A DNA stretch of 57,600 bases from assembly GCA_964510125.1 (NCBI GenBank), contig CAZEAF010000002.1, forward strand, positions 1 through 57,600, read 5' to 3'. Source of the DNA: an uncultured Coriobacteriaceae bacterium (GTDB lineage Bacteria; Actinomycetota; Coriobacteriia; Coriobacteriales; UMGS124). The first letter of the stretch is position 1; the number at the start of each line of letters is the position of its first letter. The notes beneath the pieces are model-generated. The model was not told where the DNA came from, did not search any database, and saw only the letters and a list, made by a program, of their open reading frames with translations. Shown here in pieces: positions 7,592-19,382 of the stretch. The position numbers and the translations under genes are program-made.

Positions 7592-9808
7592 GTGGTCGGT
7601 TTGGCCGCGGTCGTCGCCGTCATCATCGTAGCGCTCGTCCTTCTCGCCTGGCTGGGCTGGCGCTATATCAGCGGCTCAAAGTCCTCCTCGCGCCTTCGGA
7701 TTGACGCCAGGCTCTCGACCCCCAAGCTCTCGGCCCACAGGCGCAAGGGTGAGAGTAATAAGCCCACCATGCGCCGCGCGCCCGACCTGGAGCCGCCCGT
7801 GTCCGCGGGAAAGCCCGGCAAGGGGCTCGGCTTGGCCCCACAGGCCGCATCAACGCAGGCCCCGACTTCCCCGGCCCCAGCAAACCCGGCTCCCGCCTCG
7901 GGCGACATGGACCGGCGCGTCTTCGGTATAGGGGTCTTTACCAGTGCCCTCTTCGGCGCCTTAATCGCCCGCCTATGGAGCATACAGCTCATCAACGGCG
8001 AGAGCTACGAGCAGAAGGCCGAGGCCAACCAGACCATCGACGTGTCCCTGCGGGCTCCGCGCGGTCGCATTCTCGACCGCAACGGCGAGGTCTTGGTGGG
8101 CAACCGGTCCAGCATGACCCTGGTGGCCGACTCCTCCGTGGCCAACGACTCCCGCGTGGTCAGGCGCCTTTCAAACCTGCTGGGCGCGCCCGACGTCTGC
8201 ATCCGCCGCGCCATCCAGTCCGAGACCGAGGGCGCCCAGTCCCGCCGCACCATCATGATTGACGTGCCAGCCCGTGCGGTGGCCTACGTCACCGAGCACA
8301 AGGGCCAGTTCTCCGGCGTGGAGGTGGAGTCCCAGTGGGTTCGCACCTACCCCGAGGGGTCCCTAGCCTGCCACCTGCTCGGCTACACGGGCTCCATCAC
8401 CAGGGAGGAGCTCACGGCCTACGCGGAAAGCTCGTCCTCCACGGTGTCCTACCAGATGGGCGATGTCGTGGGCAAGTCCGGCGTCGAGTACGAGTATGAG
8501 GAGGTCCTCCAGGGGGTCCGCGGCACCCGCACCGTGCACGTGAACGCCGACGGCGAGGTCACGGGCGTCGTGAGCGAGGTGGATCCCGAGCAGGGCTCCG
8601 ACGTCAAGCTCACGGTCGACCTCAAGGTCCAGCAAGCAGCCGAGAGCGCTATCCTACATGGCATGGAGGCCTCGCAGGCCCTTGACTACGATGCCACCGG
8701 CGGCGCGGTCGTCTGCCTCAAGTGCAAGACAGGCGAGGTCCTGGCCCTGGCCAGCTACCCCAACTTCAACCCCAACTTCTTTATCGGCGGCATCGGGGCC
8801 GACCTGTGGAACCAGATGCAGACGCCCGACGCCCACACCCCCATGCTCAACCGGGCTATCGACGGTCTCTACCCGCCCGCCTCGACCGTGAAGCCCCTCA
8901 CCACGCTGGCTGGCTTGGAGGGCGGCGTGGCTAGCCAAGGCAGCTACTACTACTGCAGCGGCTGGTGGACCGGGCTGGGGGAGCAGTACGGCAAGTGGTG
9001 CTGGGAGACCAATGGTCACGGCAGTGTTAGCCTACCCTGGGGCATCGCTGTGTCCTGCGACGTGGTCTTTTACGAGATAGCAAAGGCGCTCTACTACAGC
9101 TCCACCCCCGAGAAGATTCAGGAGGTCTTCCGCCGCTGGGGCCTTGGCTCAAAAACGGGCATCGACCTGCCGGGCGAGGCCTCGGGCCGCGTGCCTGACG
9201 CCCAGTGGAAGTGGGACTGGTTCACCCAGGCCAGCGACCTGGACCGGTCCTGGCAGCCGGGCGACACGGCCAACATAGCCATCGGCCAGGGAGACATGCT
9301 GGTGACCCCCTTGCAGCTGGCCTACGTCTACGGCACCTTGGGCAATGGAGGCCGGCCCATGCGCCCCCACGTGCTGAACCAGATCCTGTCCTCACAGACC
9401 GGCCAGCCCCTGGTCGAGATGCGCGACCAGCCTCGCGCCATGGTCAAGGTGGACTCCGACGACTTCTCTTTCATCATGGACGCCCTGCGCTCGGTTCTCT
9501 GGGACGTGCCCAGCATGAGCTACTACGTGGAGAACCTGCCGGTCATGGCGGGCGGTAAGTCGGGCACCTCCGAGGCCAGCGACGACCCGGCCAACCCCCA
9601 CGCCGTCTTCTGCATGCTGGCCCCCATCGACGACCCCGAATACGTGGTCTGCTCCTTCATCGAGCATGGCGGCGGCGGAGGCGACATCACGACCAGCGTC
9701 TGTGAGGAGGTTCTGGCCGCCATCTATGACGCGCCGGTCAACGACTACATCGGCATCAACGTAAGAAGGCAGGTCCAGGCCAACACGGGAGAGGGGGTCG
9801 GTGCCTGA
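7592..9808 (+). CDS. mrdA: Penicillin-binding protein 2 (elongation transpeptidase); start uncertain (GTG 7592, ATG 7769 or ATG 7907)
   Basis: Transpeptidase motifs STVKP (SxxK) and KSGTSE (KSG). The PBP dimerisation region begins LWSIQLINGESYEQKAE. The gene sits upstream of rodA. Confidence 0.85.
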   Translation: MVGLAAVVAVIIVALVLLAWLGWRYISGSKSSSRLRIDARLSTPKLSAHRRKGESNKPTMRRAPDLEPPVSAGKPGKGLGLAPQAASTQAPTSPAPANPAPASGDMDRRVFGIGVFTSALFGALIARLWSIQLINGESYEQKAEANQTIDVSLRAPRGRILDRNGEVLVGNRSSMTLVADSSVANDSRVVRRLSNLLGAPDVCIRRAIQSETEGAQSRRTIMIDVPARAVAYVTEHKGQFSGVEVESQWVRTYPEGSLACHLLGYTGSITREELTAYAESSSSTVSYQMGDVVGKSGVEYEYEEVLQGVRGTRTVHVNADGEVTGVVSEVDPEQGSDVKLTVDLKVQQAAESAILHGMEASQALDYDATGGAVVCLKCKTGEVLALASYPNFNPNFFIGGIGADLWNQMQTPDAHTPMLNRAIDGLYPPASTVKPLTTLAGLEGGVASQGSYYYCSGWWTGLGEQYGKWCWETNGHGSVSLPWGIAVSCDVVFYEIAKALYYSSTPEKIQEVFRRWGLGSKTGIDLPGEASGRVPDAQWKWDWFTQASDLDRSWQPGDTANIAIGQGDMLVTPLQLAYVYGTLGNGGRPMRPHVLNQILSSQTGQPLVEMRDQPRAMVKVDSDDFSFIMDALRSVLWDVPSMSYYVENLPVMAGGKSGTSEASDDPANPHAVFCMLAPIDDPEYVVCSFIEHGGGGGDITTSVCEEVLAAIYDAPVNDYIGINVRRQVQANTGEGVGA

Positions 9809-10977
9809 TGGCCCAGGCTCTGCACGCCAAGCGCAGAAGCCCCCTGGCGGTCCTGCAGGGTTTCTTCACCGGCTTCGACGGGCCGGTCATTGCCGCCATC
9901 CTCTTCCTGGTGGCCTACGGCCTGGTCGTGGTCTACTCGGCCTCCCTGTCCATTTCGGATGCTTCCCTGCCCAAGCAGGCGCTGGGTGTGGCTATCGGCC
10001 TTGTGGCCATGTGCGTGGTCTACTGCTTGGACTACCGCAAGCTCAAACCCCTGGTTGTGGCCCTCTTCGTCATCGACTGCGTGCTCATGGTCCTGCCCAT
10101 CGTGCCGGGCCTGTCCTACCAGAGCCACGGCATCTCTGGTTGGATTAGGGTGCCCGTCATCGGCGTGCAGATGCAGACCTCCGAGCTGGCCAAGCCCACG
10201 ACCGTCCTGCTCATGGCGGCCCTGTGCGCCCGCTACAACGGTCGCATCGACCGCTTCCGCGATTACCTGCGCCTCTGCGGCATCCTGGCCGTTCCCTTCG
10301 CCTTGATTATGCTCCAGCCCGACCTGGGCACTGGTCTGGTCATCCTGGTGGGCGGCGCCGTCGTCATAGCCTGCTCGGGAGCCAAGAGGTCCTGGATTAT
10401 AGGCACGGTCCTGGTTCTGGCGGGGGTGGTGGCCCTGGTCCTGGTGAGCGACTCGGTCATCGACGCCACGTTCGGCGACGCCTCGTCCCTCATCAAGAAC
10501 TACCAGATGAACCGCCTGCTGGTCTTCATCGACCCCTCGGCCGACACGAGCGGGTCGGGCTACAACCTGCAGCAGGCTCTGATTGCCGTGGGGTCGGGTG
10601 GCCTCCTGGGCAAGGGACTGGGCAACGCCACCCAGGCCAGCCTGGGCTTTTTGCCCGAGGCTCACACCGACTTCGTCTTCGCCCTGCAAGCCGAGGAGTT
10701 CGGCTTCGTGGGTTCGGTTCTCCTCATCGGCGGTTTCACGCTCCTGATTCTGGGAACGCTCAGGGTGGCCCGCCGGTCTCGCGACCTCTTTGGTACCCTG
10801 GTCTGTATCGGTGTGGCCGCCGTGTGGGCCTTCCAGATTTTTGAGAACATCGGCATGTGCCTGTCCCTCATGCCCATCACAGGCATCCCCCTGCCCTTTA
10901 TCAGCTACGGGTCCTCGTCCATGGTGAGCCAGCTGCTCATGGCGGGCCTCGTCCATTCGGTGGCCTCGCACCAATAG
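9808..10977 (+). CDS. rodA: Rod shape-determining protein RodA (SEDS family glycosyltransferase)
   Basis: A 10-TM-like profile, the FtsW/RodA/SpoVE motifs QPDLGT and PEAHTDFVFA, and a TGATG overlap with mrdA. Confidence 0.9.
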   Translation: MAQALHAKRRSPLAVLQGFFTGFDGPVIAAILFLVAYGLVVVYSASLSISDASLPKQALGVAIGLVAMCVVYCLDYRKLKPLVVALFVIDCVLMVLPIVPGLSYQSHGISGWIRVPVIGVQMQTSELAKPTTVLLMAALCARYNGRIDRFRDYLRLCGILAVPFALIMLQPDLGTGLVILVGGAVVIACSGAKRSWIIGTVLVLAGVVALVLVSDSVIDATFGDASSLIKNYQMNRLLVFIDPSADTSGSGYNLQQALIAVGSGGLLGKGLGNATQASLGFLPEAHTDFVFALQAEEFGFVGSVLLIGGFTLLILGTLRVARRSRDLFGTLVCIGVAAVWAFQIFENIGMCLSLMPITGIPLPFISYGSSSMVSQLLMAGLVHSVASHQ

Positions 10978-11113
10978 GCGAGGGGCTCCGGCCGTCTGGG
11001 CTAGGCACGGGGCAGGTCTGTGAATGATATCTTAAGCAGCGTGAGATAAAACCTATGGATGGAGACTGTCAAAGCAAGACGGTCCGGCGGACGTGAGAGG
11101 AAAGCGGGTCGGT

Positions 11114-11998
11114 ATGACCAAAGTGCCTATCGCCGAGATACGCGGCGTGCTGGGAGCGCGGAAGGACGCAGCCGAGGCCGGGAAGCTCGAGGTCCGCGCC
11201 TGCGTCATGGTGTGCGAGGGGGCGCCGGTGGCGCTCGCCCGCGCCCTCAAAGAGGCCCTGCGTCCGAATACGCCGGGCGCCCGCGTCCACGTGGAGGGTT
11301 TCCGGGCGGAGTCGGGCCGCCAGCAGGTGAACGCCCTGTCCGACTTCGCAGTGGTCGTGGCAGGCGGGGTCGAGGGGGCCGGGGCCTGCGCCTCCCTCTG
11401 GCGCGACTACGCCACCATCGCCGTGCCCGCCTGCGTGGTCGGCTCAACGCCCTCGCCCGAGACCGGTCAGGCCATAAGGAACGCCCTGCTGGCCGAGGGG
11501 GTCTCCGAGGACGACTGCCTGGTGGGCCTCGACACCGCGAGCGTGGTGGATGCCCTGGGCGCGTGGCTGGTGGCATCCCTTTCGGACGACACCCTGCAGG
11601 CCGCCTACGCGGGCTTTTCCTGCTGCCGGGGGGCGCAGGCCCGCATGCTGGTGCGCGAGGCCGCCGTCCGCAACGCCTTGGCCGCCCTGCTGGGCCTTCT
11701 GCCTGGTTCTTCGGCCGACCGGATTGTCATGACGGCCGAGCAGGCCCGGATGGCCGTGCGCCTTGCGGGCCTCTACAAGCGGCCGCTGGACAGCCGTCTG
11801 GTCCGCGACCTGGTGCCGGTCCTAGCCGCGGCCCCCGCCTGGAGGGCCCTGTCCCGGACCCTCTCGCGCCGCCTGCCCCTGCCGGGCCTGCTGGTCCGCG
11901 CGGCAGTGGGCGCTGGTGGCACCCTTGCGGTGGGGACTACGCTGACCCGGGCTTTCTCAGCCGGTCAGGCTGGGGGAGAAGGCAGCGGCCGTGCGTAA
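11114..11998 (+). CDS. Hypothetical protein; the C-terminal half resembles a DUF697-type membrane-association domain
   Basis: This frame is Ala/Leu/Val-rich and protein-like, unlike the Arg/Gly/Pro-rich alternative frame 11059-12153. The start is uncertain (GTG 11093 or ATG 11114). The C-terminal pattern is DRIVMTAEQARMAVRLAGLYKRPLD...GAGGTLAVGTTLTRAF. There is an 8-nt overlap with the next gene. Confidence 0.5.
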   Translation: MTKVPIAEIRGVLGARKDAAEAGKLEVRACVMVCEGAPVALARALKEALRPNTPGARVHVEGFRAESGRQQVNALSDFAVVVAGGVEGAGACASLWRDYATIAVPACVVGSTPSPETGQAIRNALLAEGVSEDDCLVGLDTASVVDALGAWLVASLSDDTLQAAYAGFSCCRGAQARMLVREAAVRNALAALLGLLPGSSADRIVMTAEQARMAVRLAGLYKRPLDSRLVRDLVPVLAAAPAWRALSRTLSRRLPLPGLLVRAAVGAGGTLAVGTTLTRAFSAGQAGGEGSGRA

Positions 11999-13871
11999 AA
12001 TTCTCGAGCGCAAGAGCATCTGGGACCAGTTCGAGCCTCTGCTCGACCGGGTTGAGAAGCCCTCCCGCTACATCGACCACGAGTGGGGGAGCGTCCGCGA
12101 CCGGCAGGCCCCCTTTCGGTGCTGCCTGGTCTACCCAGACACCTACGAGGTAGGTCTGCCCAACCAGGGCCTTGCCATCCTCTACGCCATCCTCAACTCG
12201 CAGCCGGGCATGGCCTGCGAGCGAGGCTACCTGCCCTGGGTCGACATGGCCGATGCCATGAGAGCGGCCGACGTGCCCCTTTTCTCCATGGAGTCGGCCT
12301 TCCCCCTGGCCTCCTTCGACGTCATCGGTTTCACCATCCCCCATGAGCTGGCGGCCTCCAATTTCGTGGAGACCTTCGAGCTGGCGGGCCTGGAGCCCCT
12401 GTCCTGCGACCGCGAGGAGGGCGACCCTGTCGTCATAGCCGGCGGCCCTTCCTGTTACAACCCTGAGCCCATCAGTGCCTTCTTCGACGCCATCATCATC
12501 GGTGACGGCGAGGAGGCGGTCGTCGACGTCTGCTCCTGCGTCCGCGACTGTCGCCAGGCGGGCCTTCCCAAGGCTGACATGCTGGCTCGACTGGCCGGCC
12601 TGCCCGGCGTCTATGTGCCCAGCCTCTACCAAGAGGAGCTGGACGGGCGGGGTGTGCCCCACTATGTGCCCAAAGCCGGCTCGCCTGCCCCCGAGACGGT
12701 GGTCAAGCGGGTGGTCCCCGATTTCGGTGCCACAAACCCCTTGGTGACCCTCACGGTGCCCTACCAGCAGATTGTCCAGGACCGCTTAGCCATCGAGGTC
12801 CTGCGCGGCTGCGCCCGCGGCTGCCGCTTTTGCCAGGCGGGCATGACCTATCGGCCCGTGCGCGAGCGGACGCCCGACCAGATTGTGGCCGCCGTGGCCC
12901 GGGGGATTGCCTGCACCGGCTACGACGAGGTCTCCCTCACCTCCCTATCCACGACCGACCACTCCCGCATCTCCGAGACCCTGCGCCGGCTCAACAGGGC
13001 CCTGTCGGGAACCGGCGTGTCGGTGTCCCTGCCCTCGGAGCGCCTGGACTCCTTTGGCGTGGAGATGGCCGAGCTGGTGGCTGGCGAGAAGAAGGGCGGC
13101 CTCACCTTCGCCCCCGAGGCTGGCACCCAACGCCTGCGCGATGTCATCAACAAGAACGTGACCGAGGACGACCTCATGCGGGCCGTGGACGCCTCCTTCG
13201 CCGCAGGCTGGCGCCGCATGAAGCTCTACTACATGATGGGCCTTCCCACCGAGACCGACGAGGACGTGGTGGGCATCGCCCAGATGGCCGGACGGGCCTA
13301 TCAGCGGGCCCTGGAGGCGGTGCCCAAGGGCCAGCGGGGGGCCGTCCGCATGTCAATCTCGGTGGCCGTCTTCATCCCCAAGGCCCAGACGGCCTTCCAG
13401 TGGTGCGGCCAGCTGGACCCCGACACGGTCCGCGCCCGCCAGAGACTCCTGCTCGACTCGGTGCCCTACCGGGGCATCCGGGTCAGCTACCATGACTACG
13501 CCTCCTCCTTTTTGGAGGCGGTGCTCTCGCGCGGGGGCCGCGGGCTCACGCCCCTCATCCTGGAAGCCCATCGCCTCGGGGCCCGCTTCGACGCCTGGAG
13601 CGACCAGTTCAGCCTGGCGCCCTGGGAGCAGGCGGCCGACAACCTAGGTCTGGACCTCAAGGCTATAGCCTGCACGCCCTTCGAGGTGGGGGAACGGCTC
13701 CCCTGGCAGCATATCTCCGCGGCAGTAAGCTGGCGCTATCTGGAGCGGGAGTGGAACCGGGCCCAAAAGGGGCAGACGACGCCCGACTGCACCTTTGCGG
13801 GCTGCACGGGTTGTGGAGTCTGCCCAACCCTGCACGTGGATAATGTTTTGGTGGGTGGACGCCGTGGCTGA
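11991..13871 (+). CDS. Radical SAM protein with N-terminal B12-binding-like domain (TIGR03960-like family of unknown function)
   Basis: CxxxCxxC motif CARGCRFCQAG. It has the conserved position upstream of a DUF2344-like gene and an RNase E/G gene. The GTG start overlaps the upstream TAA. Confidence 0.8.
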   Translation: MRKILERKSIWDQFEPLLDRVEKPSRYIDHEWGSVRDRQAPFRCCLVYPDTYEVGLPNQGLAILYAILNSQPGMACERGYLPWVDMADAMRAADVPLFSMESAFPLASFDVIGFTIPHELAASNFVETFELAGLEPLSCDREEGDPVVIAGGPSCYNPEPISAFFDAIIIGDGEEAVVDVCSCVRDCRQAGLPKADMLARLAGLPGVYVPSLYQEELDGRGVPHYVPKAGSPAPETVVKRVVPDFGATNPLVTLTVPYQQIVQDRLAIEVLRGCARGCRFCQAGMTYRPVRERTPDQIVAAVARGIACTGYDEVSLTSLSTTDHSRISETLRRLNRALSGTGVSVSLPSERLDSFGVEMAELVAGEKKGGLTFAPEAGTQRLRDVINKNVTEDDLMRAVDASFAAGWRRMKLYYMMGLPTETDEDVVGIAQMAGRAYQRALEAVPKGQRGAVRMSISVAVFIPKAQTAFQWCGQLDPDTVRARQRLLLDSVPYRGIRVSYHDYASSFLEAVLSRGGRGLTPLILEAHRLGARFDAWSDQFSLAPWEQAADNLGLDLKAIACTPFEVGERLPWQHISAAVSWRYLEREWNRAQKGQTTPDCTFAGCTGCGVCPTLHVDNVLVGGRRG

Positions 13872-14658
13872 GCAGTTCGACTCCCTCTTCCGCCTGAGGG
13901 TGCGCTATGTCAAGCAGGGACGCCTGCGCTACCTCTCTCACCTTGAGGTCCTGCGGGCCTGTGAGCGCATGGTGCGCCGGGCGGGGCTCCCAGTTGCTGT
14001 GACCCAGGGCTTCTCGCCCCATATGCGGCTGGCTTTCGGGCCGGCTCTGCCCTGCGGGGTAGCCTCGCGCGACGAGTGGTTTGACATCATTCTGACCGAT
14101 TATGTCCCGGCGGCCCAGGCTCTGGGGAGCCTTGCCAAAGCCAGCGTGCCCGACCTCGGCCCCCAGGAGGCGGCCTACGTGGACATGCGGGCGGACTCCC
14201 TGTCGGCGGCCCTGACCATAGCCCGCTGGCAGGCCCTATTCATCTCTGCGGATGGCTGGGATGAAGCCGACGCCGAGACCTTCGCCCAGGACATGGCCCA
14301 GGCGGTGCGGGCCCTGGCTGACCAGGGCGAGATTCGCTACCTGCGCAACGGCAAGGAAAAGTCCATTAGCCTGGCCGACACGGTCGTGGCCGCCCCCGAG
14401 GTCCTCTCGGCCGGTCCTCAGGGGCTCCTGATGGCCTTCACCACCCGGTCCTCCAACGCCGGGTCCCTCCGCCCCGATGTCCTCTGTCAGGAGCTGCTGC
14501 GCCTGTGCCCGCCGCATGAAGCCGCTGAGCGGGTACGTCGTGCCGCCCAACCACAGAAGGACGTATCATCTTCTGCCGAGAGCGGTGTGCGCGTGCACAT
14601 CGAGCGACTTGCACAGAGCGTCGAGAGCGAGGATGGCACATGGCAGCGTCCGATTTGA
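13864..14658 (+). CDS. DUF2344 / TIGR03936-like protein (usual partner or fused C-terminal domain of the preceding radical SAM protein)
   Basis: FRLRVRYVKQGRLRYLSHLEVLRACERMVRRAGLPVAVTQGFSPHMRLAFGPALPCG. The GTG at 13864 gives a GTGGCTGA overlap with the upstream stop. Alternative starts are 13843 and 13855. Confidence 0.7.
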   Translation: MAEQFDSLFRLRVRYVKQGRLRYLSHLEVLRACERMVRRAGLPVAVTQGFSPHMRLAFGPALPCGVASRDEWFDIILTDYVPAAQALGSLAKASVPDLGPQEAAYVDMRADSLSAALTIARWQALFISADGWDEADAETFAQDMAQAVRALADQGEIRYLRNGKEKSISLADTVVAAPEVLSAGPQGLLMAFTTRSSNAGSLRPDVLCQELLRLCPPHEAAERVRRAAQPQKDVSSSAESGVRVHIERLAQSVESEDGTWQRPI

Positions 14659-15629
14659 CCCTGACACCCGGGGACATCGTCCGAGGAATCGTCGACCACG
14701 TCGACTCCTCGCTCGACGCGTGCTTCCTCGACGCAGGACCCTACGGCACGCTCTTCATCCCGCTGTCGGGCCTGTCGGGCTCCACGGTCGCCCGCATGGT
14801 GCCAAACGCCCGCGTCTGCGTCCAGATTGTGGCTCACCACCGCGGCAAGAAGCTGCCGCGCGCCTCTGCCAGCATCGAGTTCTCCGGTCGCACCAGCGTT
14901 CTCATCCTGGATGGCGCCGCCCTCACCGGCAAGAAGACCCCGGCCACGGTCGAGGTTTTTGTGAGCAAAAAGGTGCCCGCGGTCCAGCGTGCCGAGCTGG
15001 CCACCAAGCTCCAGGACGCCATCGCCGACCAGGCGACCGGCATTCCCGCAATGCTGACCACCGCCGTGGGCCCCATGTCCATCATTGTGCGCACCGCGGC
15101 CGCCGAGCTGCCCTGGGACGAGGTCCTCTCGGCCATCGTGGTTCAGGTCACCGAGGCAGCGGCCTTCACGGTCATCGCCCGGGCCGGCTCCGACCCCGCC
15201 CTGCTCATGAGCGAGAAGGCCGATGCCGACGGCGACGCCTCGATTATGGCGCACCGGTTCGCCACCTCCGACGACATGCTCGACGGCCGCCACATCCAGC
15301 TCCAGGAGGGCGGTGAGGTGGTCTTCGAGCGCACGGAGGCCATGTGGACGGTCGACGTCAACACGGCTCACGCCCACGCCCAGGACAAGAGCACCCTCAT
15401 CGAAAAGGTTGACCGCGCGGCTGTGGCCGCCATCGCCGAGGCCATCGTCGAGTACGACGTGTCGGGCCTCATTGCCATCGATTTCGTGAGCGGCATCAGC
15501 AAGACCGTCTTCAATGAGCTCCGACAGGCTATGCTTGACGAGCTGGGCACTTCGGGCGTCCATGTCTCGGGCGACCCCGAGATGGCGGTCATGCTCATTG
15601 CCCGCAAGGCCGCGCGCCACATAGGGTAG
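14640..15629 (+). CDS. RNase E/G family ribonuclease, unusually short (329 aa)
   Basis: S1-like N-terminus GDIVRGIVDHV. The catalytic-core motifs ERTEAMWTVDVNT and LIAIDFVSG correspond to the two catalytic Asp positions of RNase E/G. ATG at 14640 sits 6 nt after GAGGA and overlaps the upstream gene by 19 nt. Confidence 0.75.
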   Translation: MAASDLTLTPGDIVRGIVDHVDSSLDACFLDAGPYGTLFIPLSGLSGSTVARMVPNARVCVQIVAHHRGKKLPRASASIEFSGRTSVLILDGAALTGKKTPATVEVFVSKKVPAVQRAELATKLQDAIADQATGIPAMLTTAVGPMSIIVRTAAAELPWDEVLSAIVVQVTEAAAFTVIARAGSDPALLMSEKADADGDASIMAHRFATSDDMLDGRHIQLQEGGEVVFERTEAMWTVDVNTAHAHAQDKSTLIEKVDRAAVAAIAEAIVEYDVSGLIAIDFVSGISKTVFNELRQAMLDELGTSGVHVSGDPEMAVMLIARKAARHIG

Positions 15630-15702
15630 GGTCTGCCTGAGCACGAGGGTGCCGTTGTTGTGAAGACTTCTCTCGCCGCAGTCAAACTCTGACAATTCTT
15701 CG

Positions 15703-15731
15703 TTGACTCATGTGCAACGCGCGGTTAGTAT
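15703..15731 (+). promoter_or_regulatory. Sigma-70-type promoter for rplU-rpmA-obg
   Basis: TTGACT (15703-15708), a 17-nt spacer, then TAGTAT (15726-15731). It lies about 40 nt upstream of the rplU ATG in a locally AT-richer gap. Confidence 0.6.
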
Positions 15732-15771
15732 TAGCACTTGCTTGTAACGCGACCTGGAAGGTATCCAAGAC

Positions 15772-16101
15772 ATGTACGCAATCATCGCCACTGGCGGCAA
15801 ACAGTACAAGGTGTCCGAAGGCGACACGATTCACATCGAGAAGCTCGAGGGCGAGGTGGGCTCCAAAGTTACGTTTGACAAGGTGCTCTTCCTCAACGAC
15901 GGCGAGACGGCTGTAACCACAGCCGACGAGCTGGCCAAGGTCACGGTCGAGGGCGAGATTCTCGACCAGTACCGCGACAAGAAGGTCATCGTCTTCAAGT
16001 TCCGTCGTCGTAAGCGCTATCACCGTACCCGCGGCCATCGCCAGTACCTCACCAAGGTGCGCATCACCGGCATCAAGGTCGCCGCTCCTGCCGCGAAGTA
16101 A
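15772..16101 (+). CDS. rplU: 50S ribosomal protein L21
   Basis: MYAIIATGGKQYKVSEGD... is the canonical L21 N-terminus. Confidence 0.95.
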   Translation: MYAIIATGGKQYKVSEGDTIHIEKLEGEVGSKVTFDKVLFLNDGETAVTTADELAKVTVEGEILDQYRDKKVIVFKFRRRKRYHRTRGHRQYLTKVRITGIKVAAPAAK

Positions 16102-16157
16102 AGCCTCGCGGGCGGGCGTTCGCGTAAAACTGGTCTCGAGCAAGACAGGGGTTTCTC

Positions 16158-16451
16158 ATGGCACACAAGAAGGGTACGGGTACCTCCCGTAACGGCCGCG
16201 ATTCCATTGGCAAGCGTCTCGGCTGCAAGCGTTTCGACGGCCAGGTCGTCACCGGCGGCACCATCCTCGTTCGCCAGCACGGCACGCACTTCCACCCGGG
16301 CAAGAACGTGGGCAAGGGCAAGGACGACACGCTGTTCGCCCTGTGCGACGGCACCGTCAAGTACACGCGCAGCACCAAGCGCCGTGTGAACATCATCCCG
16401 CTCGAGGAGACCGCCGAGCAGGTTGAGGCCACCGAGGCCGTTGCCGAGTAG
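16158..16451 (+). CDS. rpmA: 50S ribosomal protein L27
   Basis: [16 protein letters not shown]... is the canonical L27 N-terminus. There is no Firmicute-type N-terminal propeptide. Confidence 0.95.
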   Translation: MAHKKGTGTSRNGRDSIGKRLGCKRFDGQVVTGGTILVRQHGTHFHPGKNVGKGKDDTLFALCDGTVKYTRSTKRRVNIIPLEETAEQVEATEAVAE

Positions 16452-19348
<2,897 letters not shown>

Positions 19349-19382
19349 TTCATCTCACACCTGAAAAGGAAGGATAGGCAGC

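Noticed and set aside
11059-12153. A 364-aa + strand ORF in an alternative frame over the 11.1-12.0 kb gene. Similar same-strand alternate-frame ORFs lie at 48523-49713, 39741-40652, 54206-55801, 14477-15316, 27066-27710 and 4247-4627.
   Set aside because: Their compositions are extremely Arg/Pro/Gly-rich, typical of off-frame translation of GC-rich coding sequence. The competing frames carry real motifs or protein-like composition.
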